From Octopus vulgaris (Eukaryota): a DNA stretch of 64,000 nucleotides. Positions 1 to 13,695 of this stretch are shown here, one piece after another; position 1 is the first letter of the stretch; the number at the start of each line of letters is the position of its first letter. The translations under genes and the position numbers were made by a program. The stretch spans positions 198,896,001-198,960,000 of the forward strand of contig OX597814.1 of the NCBI GenBank assembly GCA_951406725.2, in the 5' to 3' direction. The notes below the pieces were generated by a model, which was not told the DNA's origin, did not search any database, and worked only from the letters and a program-made list of their open reading frames with translations.

Positions 1-956
1 ATATCAAAGTGGATAAAAATGGCGGTTATAATTCTGTGCCCTAATAAGAAATGTTACTGAAAATTATGCGGATGGTATTATAAATGCTAATTAATCTACT
101 TGTACATTAGAAAACAGGATATATATATGAACATGTGATTAGGAAGAATTATGTTCACCTACGGAATAAGTTATGTATATATACAAAAAGTAAGTTGATG
201 TTGTAATTATATGCAATGCATTTTATGTTATATGATATAGTGAAATAGTGTTGGAAAACAAATATATAATTATATAAATTTGGAAAAAATATATTTATGA
301 GCATGCAAACATTGGTAAAATATTTCTGATTTATCATTTAAGAGATTGTGTTTAGAGAACAGGATATGGTATGTTTCATAAGTTACATGTCTTTATCCCA
401 TCTTCTTCCCATAAACTTTTATAAATATATTTTAAAAATGCATTTGATGTTTTAGCAACATTTCAATGATCCATATCTAATCACATGAACTACGCGTCCT
501 AATAATTTGTTGTCCACGTTTGAACGTTTCGAAACACAGTTGTCAAATTATTTCGTAATTCAAGACCGGAAAATATATGATTTGTTACATCTATAATCGT
601 TCGAATGTTGATGATTCAAACATACAGTCGGATTGAAACATGTGTAGGATATTTTTGGATATTTTTCGGTGTTTTTTTATCCGGTTCCTTTTATATTTAC
701 TCTTAGAGGTATCACTTTTACTTTGCATTACGCTTCCATTATGATAAAAATAAAATGAATCAAATTTCTATTACATTTTCACCTCCATTTTCTTTTATCA
801 AGTTTATAAATTATTAGAGTATATATATATATATATATATACACTGTAAATTTATGGTGAATACTTGATAAGTGTAAGCACCTGTATATGCCAGATAGTG
901 GTAGAGGTGAGAGAGAATATATCAAATAAAGTTAAAAACAGAATACAAAGGATATC

Positions 957-1046
957 GCAGTACACGTGTTTCAAGCTTTATAACAATCCGTTATTACATC
1001 AGTGTATTATTGATATAAAAGATGGTTTAAAGCTCTCTTCAGCCGC
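957..1046 (-). ncRNA. Type I hammerhead ribozyme motif, intact core, in probable Penelope-like segment (~841-1490)
   Basis: Minus strand: gcgg-CTGAAGA-gagcttta[long hairpin]taaagctt-GAAA-cacgtg-TA-ctgc. Stems I and II pair, stem III is palindromic, GUA site. Segment starts at a (TA)n tract. Confidence 0.8.
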
Positions 1047-1559
1047 AAACATTGTTAGTCCAAAGAATTACATCATAGTATGAAAAGTACATGTAGTATT
1101 ACCCATTATAATAGGTTTATAATATCTCCTTCAAAATGTGTATTTGTAAAATTTCCTAACTGTATAAATGTATAAAGATTCATTGGATTTCGAAAATCTG
1201 CCCATACTGTATCACCAGTCAAAATAGAGCGACTGTTAAATAGGTTGGAATGAGTTTATATTTAATTCTGTTGTATTAGATAGGAAGGAAAACAAGATAG
1301 AAGAAAAAAAATAGAGAAAAAAGTTGAGTTAAAAACAATAAAAAATAAGGAATAAAGAGCAAGATTACTGGAAGTAAAAGACCATTCGACTATTCGTTGA
1401 GGTTGTAATTTGATATCGTTGTGATGAATGGTCAGTTTACACAAACTCGCCACTAAAAGTTACTAGCTTTATAAGTTTATAGTATATGTATATTGAATAA
1501 ATTGCGAAAATAACTCTAATAGTTCAGATACTAAGAAATAAGCATACTCAATTTTATTT

Positions 1560-1788
1560 TTACCAAATAATTTAGGAAAATGAATGGGTTATTTCCCTTG
1601 GCTATATATAAGGATCCCTTCCAGGCGCCTATTATCGATTTCTTCATCACTTGATTATATTATGAGGTTTCCAGACATGAGTTCTACTCACGTGTCAAGT
1701 TTCATCAAAATCGATAAAACGATGTAGGATGAGTTAGCTAAGAACTCTACAAACACCCACAGACAGAATTTCCCACATATGTAGTAGA
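1560..1788 (-). mobile_element. Non-autonomous Helitron 5' fragment
   Basis: Minus strand starts a|TCTACTACATATG...ttctgtctgtgg...cgattttgatgaaacttgac, like Helitron 5' ends. 3' end not found, so the left boundary is approximate. Confidence 0.5.
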
Positions 1789-1833
1789 TATATATATATA
1801 TATACAGTATATATATATACAGTATATACACAC

Positions 1834-1887
<54 letters not shown>

Positions 1888-1949
1888 GCATACATATGTA
1901 CGTGTATATACACGTTTATAGATATACTATATATACGTGTGTGTGAATG

Positions 1950-2880
1950 TTTATCGCGGTCTTTCTAGCGTCATCCTTATACTTTCGTCGTATTTCAAAT
2001 TTTTCCAATTTTTTAACTTATTCATGGATGTAATCCCTGTAAAGAATTCTTCCTAATTAAATGTCAAGAATATTTTACTTTTCTTTCTTAAGTTTTTGCT
2101 AATAGAATTTCTTTAGATATTTATTATTTTTAGTAAATTATTATCCTTGTATTTTAGCCATGATATTCTCAGAAGTCTTTTACATGTCACTATCTGACAA
2201 ACTTATAAATTAATTGCTAATGTTTCTATTGATATCTAATGTTTGGCCTCAATACAGAATGGTAGACGGTGCGTAGCATTTTAATAATCATTTTCTAGTC
2301 TCGATATTTTTATTTGTTGATGTTTGTGTGTTTGACATTTTTTCACATTTCGAAACATTGAAATCCTTGTTTTCATTCACTTTCACATTTACCATTTTCT
2401 GATGGCCTATATGCCAATTATTTTATGTTTAGTGACTCTTATTTCCTCCAGATTACCATTAATGTATTTTTCTTTAGAAACATCTCCATTTCACGAGAGA
2501 TTCTTTTATCATTTGCTGTTGCTAAAAGGCCATCGCTGTTGAAGGTTAATAAAATAGTTTCATCTAAGGTTGTTAACGCTCACTGATCTTTCCGTTTCTC
2601 TGTCGTTGTTTCTTTTTTCACGTATCCGACGGTTTTTAGAAGTATAAATTATATAAACTAGAACATGCTACACCGCCTTGCCTCATTCCCTTCATAAACT
2701 CAAATCTTGGTCTTTCACTACTTTAGTTCTTACTACAACATTTTCTAAGCTTTTATTATCTATCCTAAGTTCTAATAGACTGACAATAATTTTGCATGTT
2801 TTACTTATAACATATTTTACCGTGGTCTATAGAACGATGTAAGGCTTTTTTCTTTTATTTTCCGACATTGAGAAAAGTTT
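1950..2880 (-). mobile_element. Degenerate non-LTR retrotransposon RT fragment (RTE-like)
   Basis: Minus frames give FEFMKGMRQGGVACSSLYNLY (cf. KGVRQGCxxSPxLFNLY) and a frameshifted VNNLR/DETILL (cf. INNLRYADD). Many stops. Confidence 0.5.
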
Positions 2881-2936
2881 AATCTACTTAATGCAGTATT
2901 TTGGGAGTAAGAACATAAACCTGTCAAAGGAATATC

Positions 2937-3169
2937 TATTTCTTTACTACCCACAAGGGGCTAAACATAGAGGGGACAAACAAGGACAGACAAAGGGATT
3001 AAGTCGACTACATCGACCCCAGTGCGTAACTGGTACTTTATTTATCGACCTCGAAAGGATGAAAGGCAAAGTCAACCTCGGCGGAATTTGAACTCGGAAC
3101 GTAACGATAGACGAGATACGGCTGCGCATTTCGCCCGGCGTGCTAACGTTTCTGCCAGCTCGCCGCCCT
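2937..3169 (-). mobile_element. SINE B monomer (tRNA-derived)
   Basis: A/B-box-like head (tggcagaaacgttag, gagttcaaatt). 16-bp TSD ctgtcaaaggaatatc at 2921-2936 and 3170-3185. Multiple copies in the window. Confidence 0.9.
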
Positions 3170-4096
3170 CTGTCAAAGGAATATCGTATAGATATACTAC
3201 ATTAAGGAGAGGAAAATAGTTGTTTCGTATTTATAAAAGCATGAAAAGTATGAAAACCTTCTCAATTATTCCTGACAATGTTATTTATCGTACAATGAAA
3301 ATTATTACAAATAATGGTGAAAAACATGATCCTTCTATTTTGTATAATACATAATACTACACTCAATTTAAATTTTCTTTTTGTTTTATATTTGGCAACT
3401 GACACTTGCTTCTACTCGCAAAGAAACAAAAAAATTATACTATTGTACAAGGTGGAAAGTAGTAGGAGAAAGAAAAAATAATGTCATGAATGATAAACAG
3501 AAATTCAACGTACAAATTACTAGATAAAGGTGGTCTTTAAAAGTACCAAAAATATTGCTGTTTTTGTTTCTGGCTATAAATGGCTCTTACCTGTCAGTCA
3601 CAGATGGGACTTGGCAACGTGGTGCCATAATCCTACTGCACGAGAGATGTTTCTTTCCTCATTTCCAAGTAAACTCTGGCCAGTTTGAATGAACTTCGAC
3701 GGTGAAACAAATTTATCTGTAATATAAATTGGACATGGGCGATCGTTGTATTCTTTCTTGTCTTGAGGTTCACAGCCAATCGGCTTAGTGGATTTGCGTG
3801 AAACATGGCACATGTGTGGAGACAGGTGCATAAATTGGAATGCAGTTTGTATTTTTTTCCTAGCCCCCATACTTACCGAGAAAATCAATTAAAACTTTTC
3901 ACATGAAATTCCTCTCTTTCTTCCGCCATTAAAATAACCAGTTGCTTAGAAGCTGTTTTCTGACGGGGTGGGATCAGGATATTTTCCTACAGCTGGAGGG
4001 TCCAATCGAAACAGGGGACCCGAAATGATAAGGTTTAGAAACGCTGTTAGAGATTATGCCTAACTGAAAACGATCACAGTCACACCATCCAAACAG

Positions 4097-4124
4097 ACCG
4101 GGTAAAACCGGGATTAGCTGCTAG
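4097..4124 (+). mobile_element. Helitron-like 3' terminus
   Basis: ccgggtaaaaccggg imperfect hairpin, then gctgCTAG|t. 5' end not identified. Confidence 0.45.
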
Positions 4125-4354
4125 TATTATATAAAACTATTTAAATATAAAGCTATATAAGAGTGACTATTTTGTATTAAAAATATCTATTCCACATTTG
4201 TATTTATTTCAATTGTCAGCAATCAATATTTAAATGAATGTGGCAAATGATGAATGTTGAAAGTGTGTGATGTCTCTCTGTATTCTCTGTTCAAAAATAT
4301 CGAATTGTCTGTCTGTCTGTCTCTCCTTCTTTCCTTCCTTCCTTATATACACCG

Positions 4355-5360
<1,006 letters not shown>

Positions 5361-5821
5361 ACACAGACAAATGTGCGTTTCTGTGTATAGGTGTGTGTAT
5401 ATGATGGACTTCCAGAAAGCCTCTCTTTAATCCCTGATGTCTAATGCTTACCAAGTGACCTATTCACCCATTAACTAACGTAAAAAGCACAGATTTTTGT
5501 GTATCATATACTTCCCTTGCTGAACAAGATTAATTCCACTCAAAGTCTAATATTTCTAATCCATATTGCGACGGATTAAAAACAAAATCCGCCATTCACA
5601 TATTTGTTCACTTCGTCGGCAGTTTAGAAGACACTACTATTTCAACCTAAATATTTATTTAATGCGGTTTCAAATGTTTCATTTTGTTATGTAGAAAATT
5701 ATCTTTTGAGATGTTGTTATTACAATTCTGATTTTTTTTGTGTAATATGTTCCTCGTCTTCTCATGTGATCTCTTGAAAATAACGGAAAGTAATAATAGG
5801 ATGTTAAAATGTTTTAATAAT

Positions 5822-5985
5822 AGGCGTAGGAGTGACTGTGTGGTAAGTAGCTTGCTTACGAACCACACGGTTCCGAGTTCAGTCCCACTGCGTGGCACCT
5901 TGGGTAAGTGTCTTCTACTATAGCCTCGGGCCGACCAAAGCCTTGTGAGTGGATTTGGTAGACGGAAACTGAAAGAAGCCCGTCG

Positions 5986-6016
<31 letters not shown>

Positions 6017-6225
6017 GCGTGTTTGTGTGTCTGTATTTGTCCTCCCAACATCGCTTGACAGCCGATGCTGGTGTATTTACGTCCCCGTAACTTAGCGATT
6101 CGGCAAAAAAGAGACCGATAAAATAAGTACCAAGCTTACAAAGAATAAGTCCTGGGGCCGATTTGATCAGCTAAAGGCGGTGCTCCAGCATGGCCACAGT
6201 CACATGACTGAAACAAGTAAAAGAG
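5822..6225 (+). mobile_element. SINE A, full length (tRNA head, CORE-like ccttgggcaag block, internal TA/TG tract)
   Basis: Near-identical to the copies at 35859, 40685 and 62795. Ends gactgaaacaagtaaaagag. Confidence 0.9.
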
Positions 6226-6547
6226 TTATAAAATATAAACCTTCTACAACAAAGTAATTCATTTCTAGATCTTAGTTGAAGCATGAAAGAGTCAAACGCG
6301 CGCACACACATACACACACAAATTAATGGAATGTGTAACATACTTTAAAAAATTAAGCAACAGGGTTGATTTGTTCAAGTAAATCCTTCAAGGTGATGCT
6401 CCAAAATGACTGCAGCCTAATGGTTGAAATATAACAACGGAGGAATATATATATGTGTGTGGTGTATATATATATATATAAGAATTTTTTGCGTAATGGG
6501 ATAAAAAACCAAGGCAGTGTAGATATTAGAGTATTTATAGGGAGAAG

Positions 6548-6599
6548 GTCTTGCAACTGTTTCTGGGATATTTATTAATAGTATCCCTTAATCGGAGAC
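6548..6599 (-). ncRNA. Degenerate hammerhead-like motif
   Basis: gtct-CCGATTA-agggata..tatccca-GAAA-cagttg-CA-agac. Stems present, core has several substitutions. Confidence 0.45.
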
Positions 6600-7106
6600 T
6601 GTATGAGAGGATAGTTAAGTCAGTTAGTTTCGATGTGATACAAAATAGAGAATGAGGTGGAGGAAAGAAAATAGATGCAAGATTTGTATGGGTACTGAAG
6701 TTCTAAATCCATTTTTTAGGCATAATGGTATATATGCAATATTCCAATATCTTATGAGTAAAGTCCAAAAAATGAGTCCTTCCAAATATAGAGTTTATAA
6801 GCAATGTAAGATTCCTTTATGAGTGAGATACAGCAGATTTTTAAACTTGGTCATTCCCAGTAGAGAATTTAAATATATATTGTATTCCGGGATGGTAATT
6901 TTTTTCCCAAATAAACACACACACACTATATATCTTTTCCTTATACGTTTAATACTGTTCTTATCTTATTTTAACTCATGTCCATTGTCTGGAAATCTTT
7001 CCTCACACATCTGTGACCTCTTCAGTGACACTTTACGTTTTCGTGTGTCTTCTTGCACCACTTATTCCATTCTATTCTTCTGAGAAGTGTATCCTAATGT
7101 GTCCAT

Positions 7107-7139
<33 letters not shown>

Positions 7140-7525
7140 TATGTATGGGTATGCGCGTGTATGCTTGTGTGTCATAATTTTTAACAGTAGTGTGGCCTTC
7201 CCATCAGCCCCATCCTCTCATCCCATTGTGCTACTGCTGTCCCAAGACCCGAAAATATGGTATAGTACCTGTATTCCATCGTGATAGTTGCTGTTGTTGT
7301 TATTGCGATCACTGTCACCACCCCTGCTGCTGTCTGTTAATCGTGTTGTTGGCATTGTTGTGGCCATCTGGGAAATTTCTCGCGTGCGTGTTTGTGGGTG
7401 TGTGTATGGGTTCGATTCGTATATTGTATGTATCCATTCCCTTTATATAAATTTACGTATTTATTTTATCTATCTCTCTATCTTATATTTATCACAGGTA
7501 TGTGACAAATATATTTATATATTTA

Positions 7526-7925
7526 CTAGCAGTATCGCCCGGCGTTGCTCGGGTTTGCAAGGGAAATAACTATATAAGCATTTTTAGAGAGTTATAGCCA
7601 AAAAATAGCAAAAAAATGCATCAAAAATGGAAAAAAATGATGGTAAATTTTTTAAAAATCGTTGACTCATCGTAGACATTTTTAGAGAGTTACTTCCCTT
7701 ATATAATAGCGAAGAAAATGCATTAAAATGGAAAAAAATGATGGTAAATATTTTTAAAAATTGCAGACTCATCGTAGACGCGCGCTAATACCCAGAAGGG
7801 CTCGATATGAATCACGACTATAAGATACCCAATTTTGGTTAAACTGCACCGCAAAATGTGGGAGTAGTTAGGAATCTAAATCGTAGGAGACAGACACCAC
7901 ACAACTTCAGTTTTATATATAAAGA
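7526..7925 (-). mobile_element. Complete non-autonomous Helitron (400 bp)
   Basis: 5' A|TCTTTATATATAAAA. 3' hairpin cccgagcaacgccggg then tactgCTAG|T. No TSD. Internal ~100-bp tandem duplication. Confidence 0.8.
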
Positions 7926-8348
7926 TTATATATATATTTATTCATTTTTATACATCTAGCTCAATTTCGTTCTAAAATCTCTCCAAGAGAGTAATGTTCG
8001 TAGCTACATACTATATGCATGTATGCATGCATGTATGCATGTATTTATGCATGTATGTATGGATGTATGTATGTATTTCAATATCCTTTTTCTCCTTGTG
8101 TCAGTCATGAGATTGCAACCATCCTGGGACACCACCTTCAAGAATTTTTAGTCGAATAAATCAACCCCAGTTGCACTGAAGAATCACGGAACCATGAGGC
8201 TGGGAAGTGAACTTCTTCCCACGTAGACCCACCCGCACCATGAATGTACAGATATGTATGTGTATGTGTGTATACCAATATATTTATAGGGCAACTGAGG
8301 AAAAATACGTCTCATGAAAGTCAGTGCCACAAAGTACTCTTTTAAGTA

Positions 8349-8742
8349 CTCTTTTACTTGTTTCAGTAATTTGACTGTGGCCATGCTGGAACACCGCCTT
8401 TACTCGAACAAATCGACCTCAGGACTTATTCTTTGGAAGCCTAGTACTTATTCTATCGGTCTCTTAAGCCGAACCGCTAAGTTACGGGGTCGTAAATACA
8501 CCAGCATCGGTTGTCAAGCGATGTTGTGGGACAAAGGCACACAAACATATACACACACATACATATATATACATATATACGGCGGGATTCTTTCAGTTTC
8601 CGTCTACCAAATCCACTCTCAAGGCTTTGGACGGCCCGAGGCTATAGTAGAAGACACTTGCTCAAGGTGCCACGCAGTGGGACTGAACCCGGAACCATGT
8701 GCTTTGTAAGCAAGGTATTTACTACACAGCCACTCCTGCGCT
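8349..8742 (-). mobile_element. SINE A, full length
   Basis: Reverse complement of the 5822-6225 copy. Confidence 0.9.
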
Positions 8743-8950
8743 AATATCTAAGCCTAGGTTAAAACGTTTCACTGAAAATGCCATAAATACTGACCTGTGG
8801 CAATGCAATTAAAAAAGAAAGATATTTTCATGAGGAACTAAGACAACCAATTCTTGTGACTGAAGAAGTATAACGATGCAGAAACACATGGTCGCCACTG
8901 AGTCATTCTTAAGCAAGTGCTATGTTTTCACCCGCATTGCATGTAAGGAA

Positions 8951-9520
8951 GTGAAAGCGCGTGACTTTGTGGTTAGGGTATTTGTTTCACCGCAGTAAGA
9001 TCGTGAGGTCGATACCTGGTGAGACGTTGTGTCCTTGAGCAAAACACTTTATTTCATGTTGCCGAAATCCACTCAGCAAACAAAAATGATTAGCACCAGT
9101 ATTTCAAAGGGCCGACTTTGTCATGTCCTATGTCACGCTGAATCTCTCTGAGAATTATGTTAAGTATATGCATATCTATTTCTTTACTACCCACTAGGGG
9201 ATAAACACAGAGGAGACAAACAAGGACAGACAGACGGATTAAGTCGATTATATCGACCCCAGTGCGTAACTGGTAGTTAATTTATCGACCCCAAAACGAT
9301 GAAAGGCAAAGTCGACCTCGGCGGAATTTGAATTCGGATCGTAACGCAGACGAAATACGGCTACGCATTTTGCCCGGCGTGCTAACGTTTCTGCCAGTTC
9401 GCCGCATTAAGTATATGCGTATCTGTGGAGTGCTCAGCCACTTGCACGTTAATTTAACCTGCAGGCTGTTTCGTTAATCTAATCAACTGAAACCTTCGTC
9501 GTTGTAACCGACTGAGTGCC
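8951..9520 (+). mobile_element. Old CORE-like SINE with tail 1, interrupted by SINE B
   Basis: tRNA-like head, gttgtgtccttgagcaaaacactt block, tail matching 43670-43856. Confidence 0.7.
9178..9406 (-). mobile_element. SINE B monomer nested in an older SINE
   Basis: TSD ttaagtatatgc(a/g)tatct at 9160-9177 and 9407-9424. Confidence 0.9.
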
Positions 9521-10704
9521 AGATTAGGTGCGGAGAATTTCTTTCCGAAAGCAGTTGGTGCGGCGATGGTGATTTCTCACGTTTCAGTGTACATAAGCAT
9601 GTATGTTAAATATAAATGCATAAATGTACATAAGTTTATATTCTAATCAGCGCTGTTAAGTGTGCTGCTAGGTCGATATCTATGTAACGTGACTGCTTAG
9701 ATAATGTTATACATTGCAGTACTACCCCCGACACAAACTTACACTTGGCATGTAAGCCTTAGTAGTATGTCTTGTGCTGGAGAAATAAGAAACTAAAAAG
9801 AAATTGAAGCGCTCAAAGTTGAGCAATCCATCTTAGATTAGATTTCCTGTGATCAATAACTGCCCACTTGAAGATAATGGAAAACAAAAGAAAGAAGCAG
9901 TATCGAAGTTGCATTTATTACAGAACCGAGTGAGTTGCTCTGATGTAACGATTTCAAATGTTAAATAAATGGGGTTTGTTCTAACGACAGAAGGAATCGT
10001 TTCTCACTTGGGAAATTACGTTTCTTAATATTTTCCCTCAGAATGTTTGTAAAAGATAGACAATCCCATTTAACCAGTGAAACGAAGATATTGTTTTCGA
10101 AACCAATACGGACAGAAATACACATTAAACTCCAAACAGTTTGCTCAAAGTAACACAAGATTAGATTAACTGTAACAGATTGCTGAGGTTGAATAATTTC
10201 GAAACCGCGAACTTTGTTACATAGGATTTGATTTTGAGGTCTCGGGATTCACTCTAGATTTCATTTATCTGAGTTAAAAGTATTCGGTTACAATGATCAT
10301 AAGTAAACATAGTACCATGGTGCCTTAGAAGCTAGGCACATTGTTGTGTATATTTGGAGCACTGATTCCTAATATATCATGAATTTTGCCTCATCACCTC
10401 CTACGATGAAATGAATGATGTTAGTTGTACCTTTCAGCTTGGCGCAGTGGATGTCAAACATACTTTTCAGTGTATTCGGATCATTGATTACGAATATGCT
10501 GTCTGTTTTGTACAATCACATCCCTGGTTTTTGGCTCTACAGAACGACGATTTATATGCTGTTGTATCCATTGGTCTACTGAAATATTATGGATCCTAGT
10601 TACACCATTTATCGTGGTGCCTTAAATTCAGATCTATTGTTGGTATATATGGGGGTTGTTTCCAAAAATAGTGTCCGTTAGCTGTTAATATACAGAATAT
10701 TAAG

Positions 10705-10905
10705 AAGGCGGAAAGCTGGGGGAATTGTTAGTGCGTCGGAAAAAGTGCTTAACAGTATTTTTCTCTGACTCCTTACATTCAGAGTTCAAATGCTGTCGAG
10801 ATTAACTTTTTCAGCATTCAAAAATTGATAAAGTGAAGTATTGGGATCAATGCTAAACCCCTTCCTTCGAAACTGTTGGCCTTGGAGCTAAATCAAGAAC
10901 CATCA
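10705..10905 (+). mobile_element. Old SINE B-related copy with alternative tail
   Basis: aaggcggaaagctgg...gagttcaaatg...ggccttggagctaaa. Similar to 31790-32000 and 39722-39927. Confidence 0.55.
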
Positions 10906-11074
10906 ATATACTTGATGCTTGTAAAATAGTCACACGCTACTAAATCGGTTTACTTCAGTAAAAAGATTTGTTTGTAATCACATTGGACAAAGAACATATC
11001 TGTTTTAAGCAGACATCTAGCCTGGATTAGTAAGCAAAACACTCTTAATTTTAATAAGCTGGCTGTCGTCTGAC

Positions 11075-11180
11075 ACCAGGGAACATCAACTCAACAGTCA
11101 TTTCGATTGCTTTGTAGAAGAGCTTGGAGATTGCAGCGAAGAGCAAGGAGGAAAACCTCATCAAGGTATGACAAAAATGG
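11075..11180 (+). mobile_element. Chapaev3-like transposase C-terminal remnant
   Basis: HQLNSHFDCFVEELGDCSEEQGGKPHQGM resembles the recalled motif HFLHSHLDxFPENLGxVSEEQGERFHQD. Confidence 0.55.
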
Positions 11181-11744
11181 TTGTTGGTCAGTGTTGTAGA
11201 AATAAAGGGAACGGTTCGAAACAGCAACAAGATAAAAGTTATCAGACAAGCCTTCGGTGTGATTTTAAACAATTCCTAGAGATTTAAGATCTTCAGAGCA
11301 AGGATACTATTCTGAATTTTTGTATATCGCATAAGACATAAGTTTGAAGTCTAAGTGATATTGTAAATGTCACATCATAAACAACATAGACCGTCTTGTT
11401 TAACAAAAAGAATAACTTTTCTCTTGCTAAAGAGTAACTGAACCAAACCTGAATAACATTGCTTGTGGTTAATTTTCAGTCTGTGGTTTTCGGGCATAAA
11501 GTAAAACGTGAATTTTCAGAGAGTAAATTTGTATATCATGTAACGTTAATGAATTTAATGATATATTGCAGTCATATAATGTCAGTTTTCAACACTCTAT
11601 TGAGTAATACTGGGCAAATATATGCATGGTTTCTTATTTGAAAGAACATTCATAATACCGCAGAAAAAAATGAAAAGATATAACACTTTACTACATTAAG
11701 ACCATTGGTCGGTAATCTATAAAATCGAAATTACTAATCCAAGT

Positions 11745-11978
11745 TGAAAGCACGTAGCCTAATAGTTACGATGTTATACGTTGTTCCTCAACTGTAAGTA
11801 GCTTAAGCCAGTGACAGGATAATCTTCTGATCGGGGGGAATTTTGGCTTGCTTGCCTAGCCAGCAGGGTGGCATCATTTTAAAGCTACAACAATGCGAGG
11901 CGCATTGTGACTAACGATGTATAACAATGTCCGATAGTCTGGTCGATACCATGATCATACCGTGATTAGACCATGATT
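11745..11978 (+). mobile_element. Degenerate SINE with tail 2
   Basis: tagccagcagggtggcatcatt...caatgcgaggcgcattgtgac matches the tail of 60288-60583. Confidence 0.65.
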
Positions 11979-13357
11979 AATCCAAGAGGATGATTGAAGA
12001 TTTAACACAAAATGTGTTTAAAATGCATAAATAATTCAATCCCTGGAAAGCAGTAGAGTGTATATGCATAAGTCCATCCCTCGATACAGTTGGTCAGTTC
12101 CTTGTGAATAAAATGGTGTTAGATGATGCGAAATTACATGAAAGAATCAGTTATGAACCTGCATTAATTACATAAACGCTGTTAATTCAATCGCGCACGA
12201 TTGGTTAAAAAAAATACTGCAAGTCCATATAATTATGAGATCAAAGTGAACTTCTTTAAATGAGGATTAGAACTGTGGCAGACTACTTTTGCCGTTTCCA
12301 GTCTGTTGTGTGTGTGTCTGAGTGTGTATATGGTGTACCGTGTGTGTATATGGTGTACCGTGTGTGTGTGTATTAAAGCTGTATTTTATGCGAATGAGAA
12401 AAGGATATTTTGACGGAGTAAGATATAATTCTAAGCTCATCTAAATTGCAAAAAACTAGGCAGACCCAGTAATAATGCATAATCAAATAATGGAGTGGTG
12501 TGTAGCAGACCTAAATTCTATAGAGTTCAATAGACGATACAGCTACATAATTTCTAAAATATCAACCAAATATCCAACACCCATACACATAAAAGGAGGT
12601 GATGGTAGGTAACTTATAAGTGTTAGGAGGGAATTTAAAAAGGCAATTATCAATGTTACGTGATTGTTTTCTAATTTACTAGAGACTGGAAGAGAAAGAG
12701 AGATACGATCCATCAATTAACGTTCGTTTGTTTTTTTAGATTTTCTGTTCTCTCTTTCAGTTAGGTGTATGTCAAATCGAGGTTATTAAAAATGACATTA
12801 GCCTAAGATACCCCATAGGGGGTTCAAGCCCGTGATCTCTAACTTGCGAACTTCCACTTTCGTCAACTCTGTACATGCATACACACTCACGAGCAAGTAC
12901 ACACACACACACTACATGTACTCACACATCACACCTCGTTAACCAAGATGTGATTTGGGGATCCGCATGCAGATGCTATAGCTTCTAGTCCTCTCTGTAG
13001 ATGTTGCACGTTTGTGACCAGAGCAACTAAAATTTGACCGCTCCAGAGAAACTTTCCTTTTAACAAAAAGCAAAAGATCAGGCATTGAAACCATCTAACT
13101 TAAACGGTATCTTTCTTTAAGTAAACAAAGTTAAACGATTCTAATTTTCCTATTTATTAATAATGTATTCATACGAATTTTTCTCAATTATTCATTTATT
13201 CATTTATTGTAGGCTGTCTGTGATGGAAATTATGTGTGCAGGCAGCTTTTCGTAATTCGTTCCATGTCAAGAAATCTTAAGTTGACTGTACATAAGCGTG
13301 TGCGTGCATTTTATGTACATACGTGCATAAATACGGACGGACACACATACATAAATA

Positions 13358-13359
<2 letters not shown>

Positions 13360-13425
<66 letters not shown>

Positions 13426-13634
13426 CACACATATATATACACACACACATATATATATACATATACCTATATATACACACACATATACATATATATATAT
13501 ATATATATACACACACATATACATATATATACACACACATATATATATATATATATATACACACACATATACATATATATATATACACACACATATACAT
13601 ATATATATATATACACACATATACATACATAGAT

Positions 13635-13665
<31 letters not shown>

Positions 13666-13695
13666 CATATATTATATACATATGTGTATGTGTAC
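13360..13695. repeat. (CA)n/(TA)n compound microsatellite
   Basis: Read directly from sequence. Confidence 0.95.

Noticed and set aside
10270-10665. Weak internal repeats (tggtgcctta...attgttg; tattcgg)
   Set aside because: Too degenerate to define a unit or reading frame.
11118-11165. Apparent 48-nt exon (tag|AAG...AAG|gtatga; KSLEIAAKSKEENLIK)
   Set aside because: Another frame matches a Chapaev3-like transposase motif that extends across both putative splice sites.
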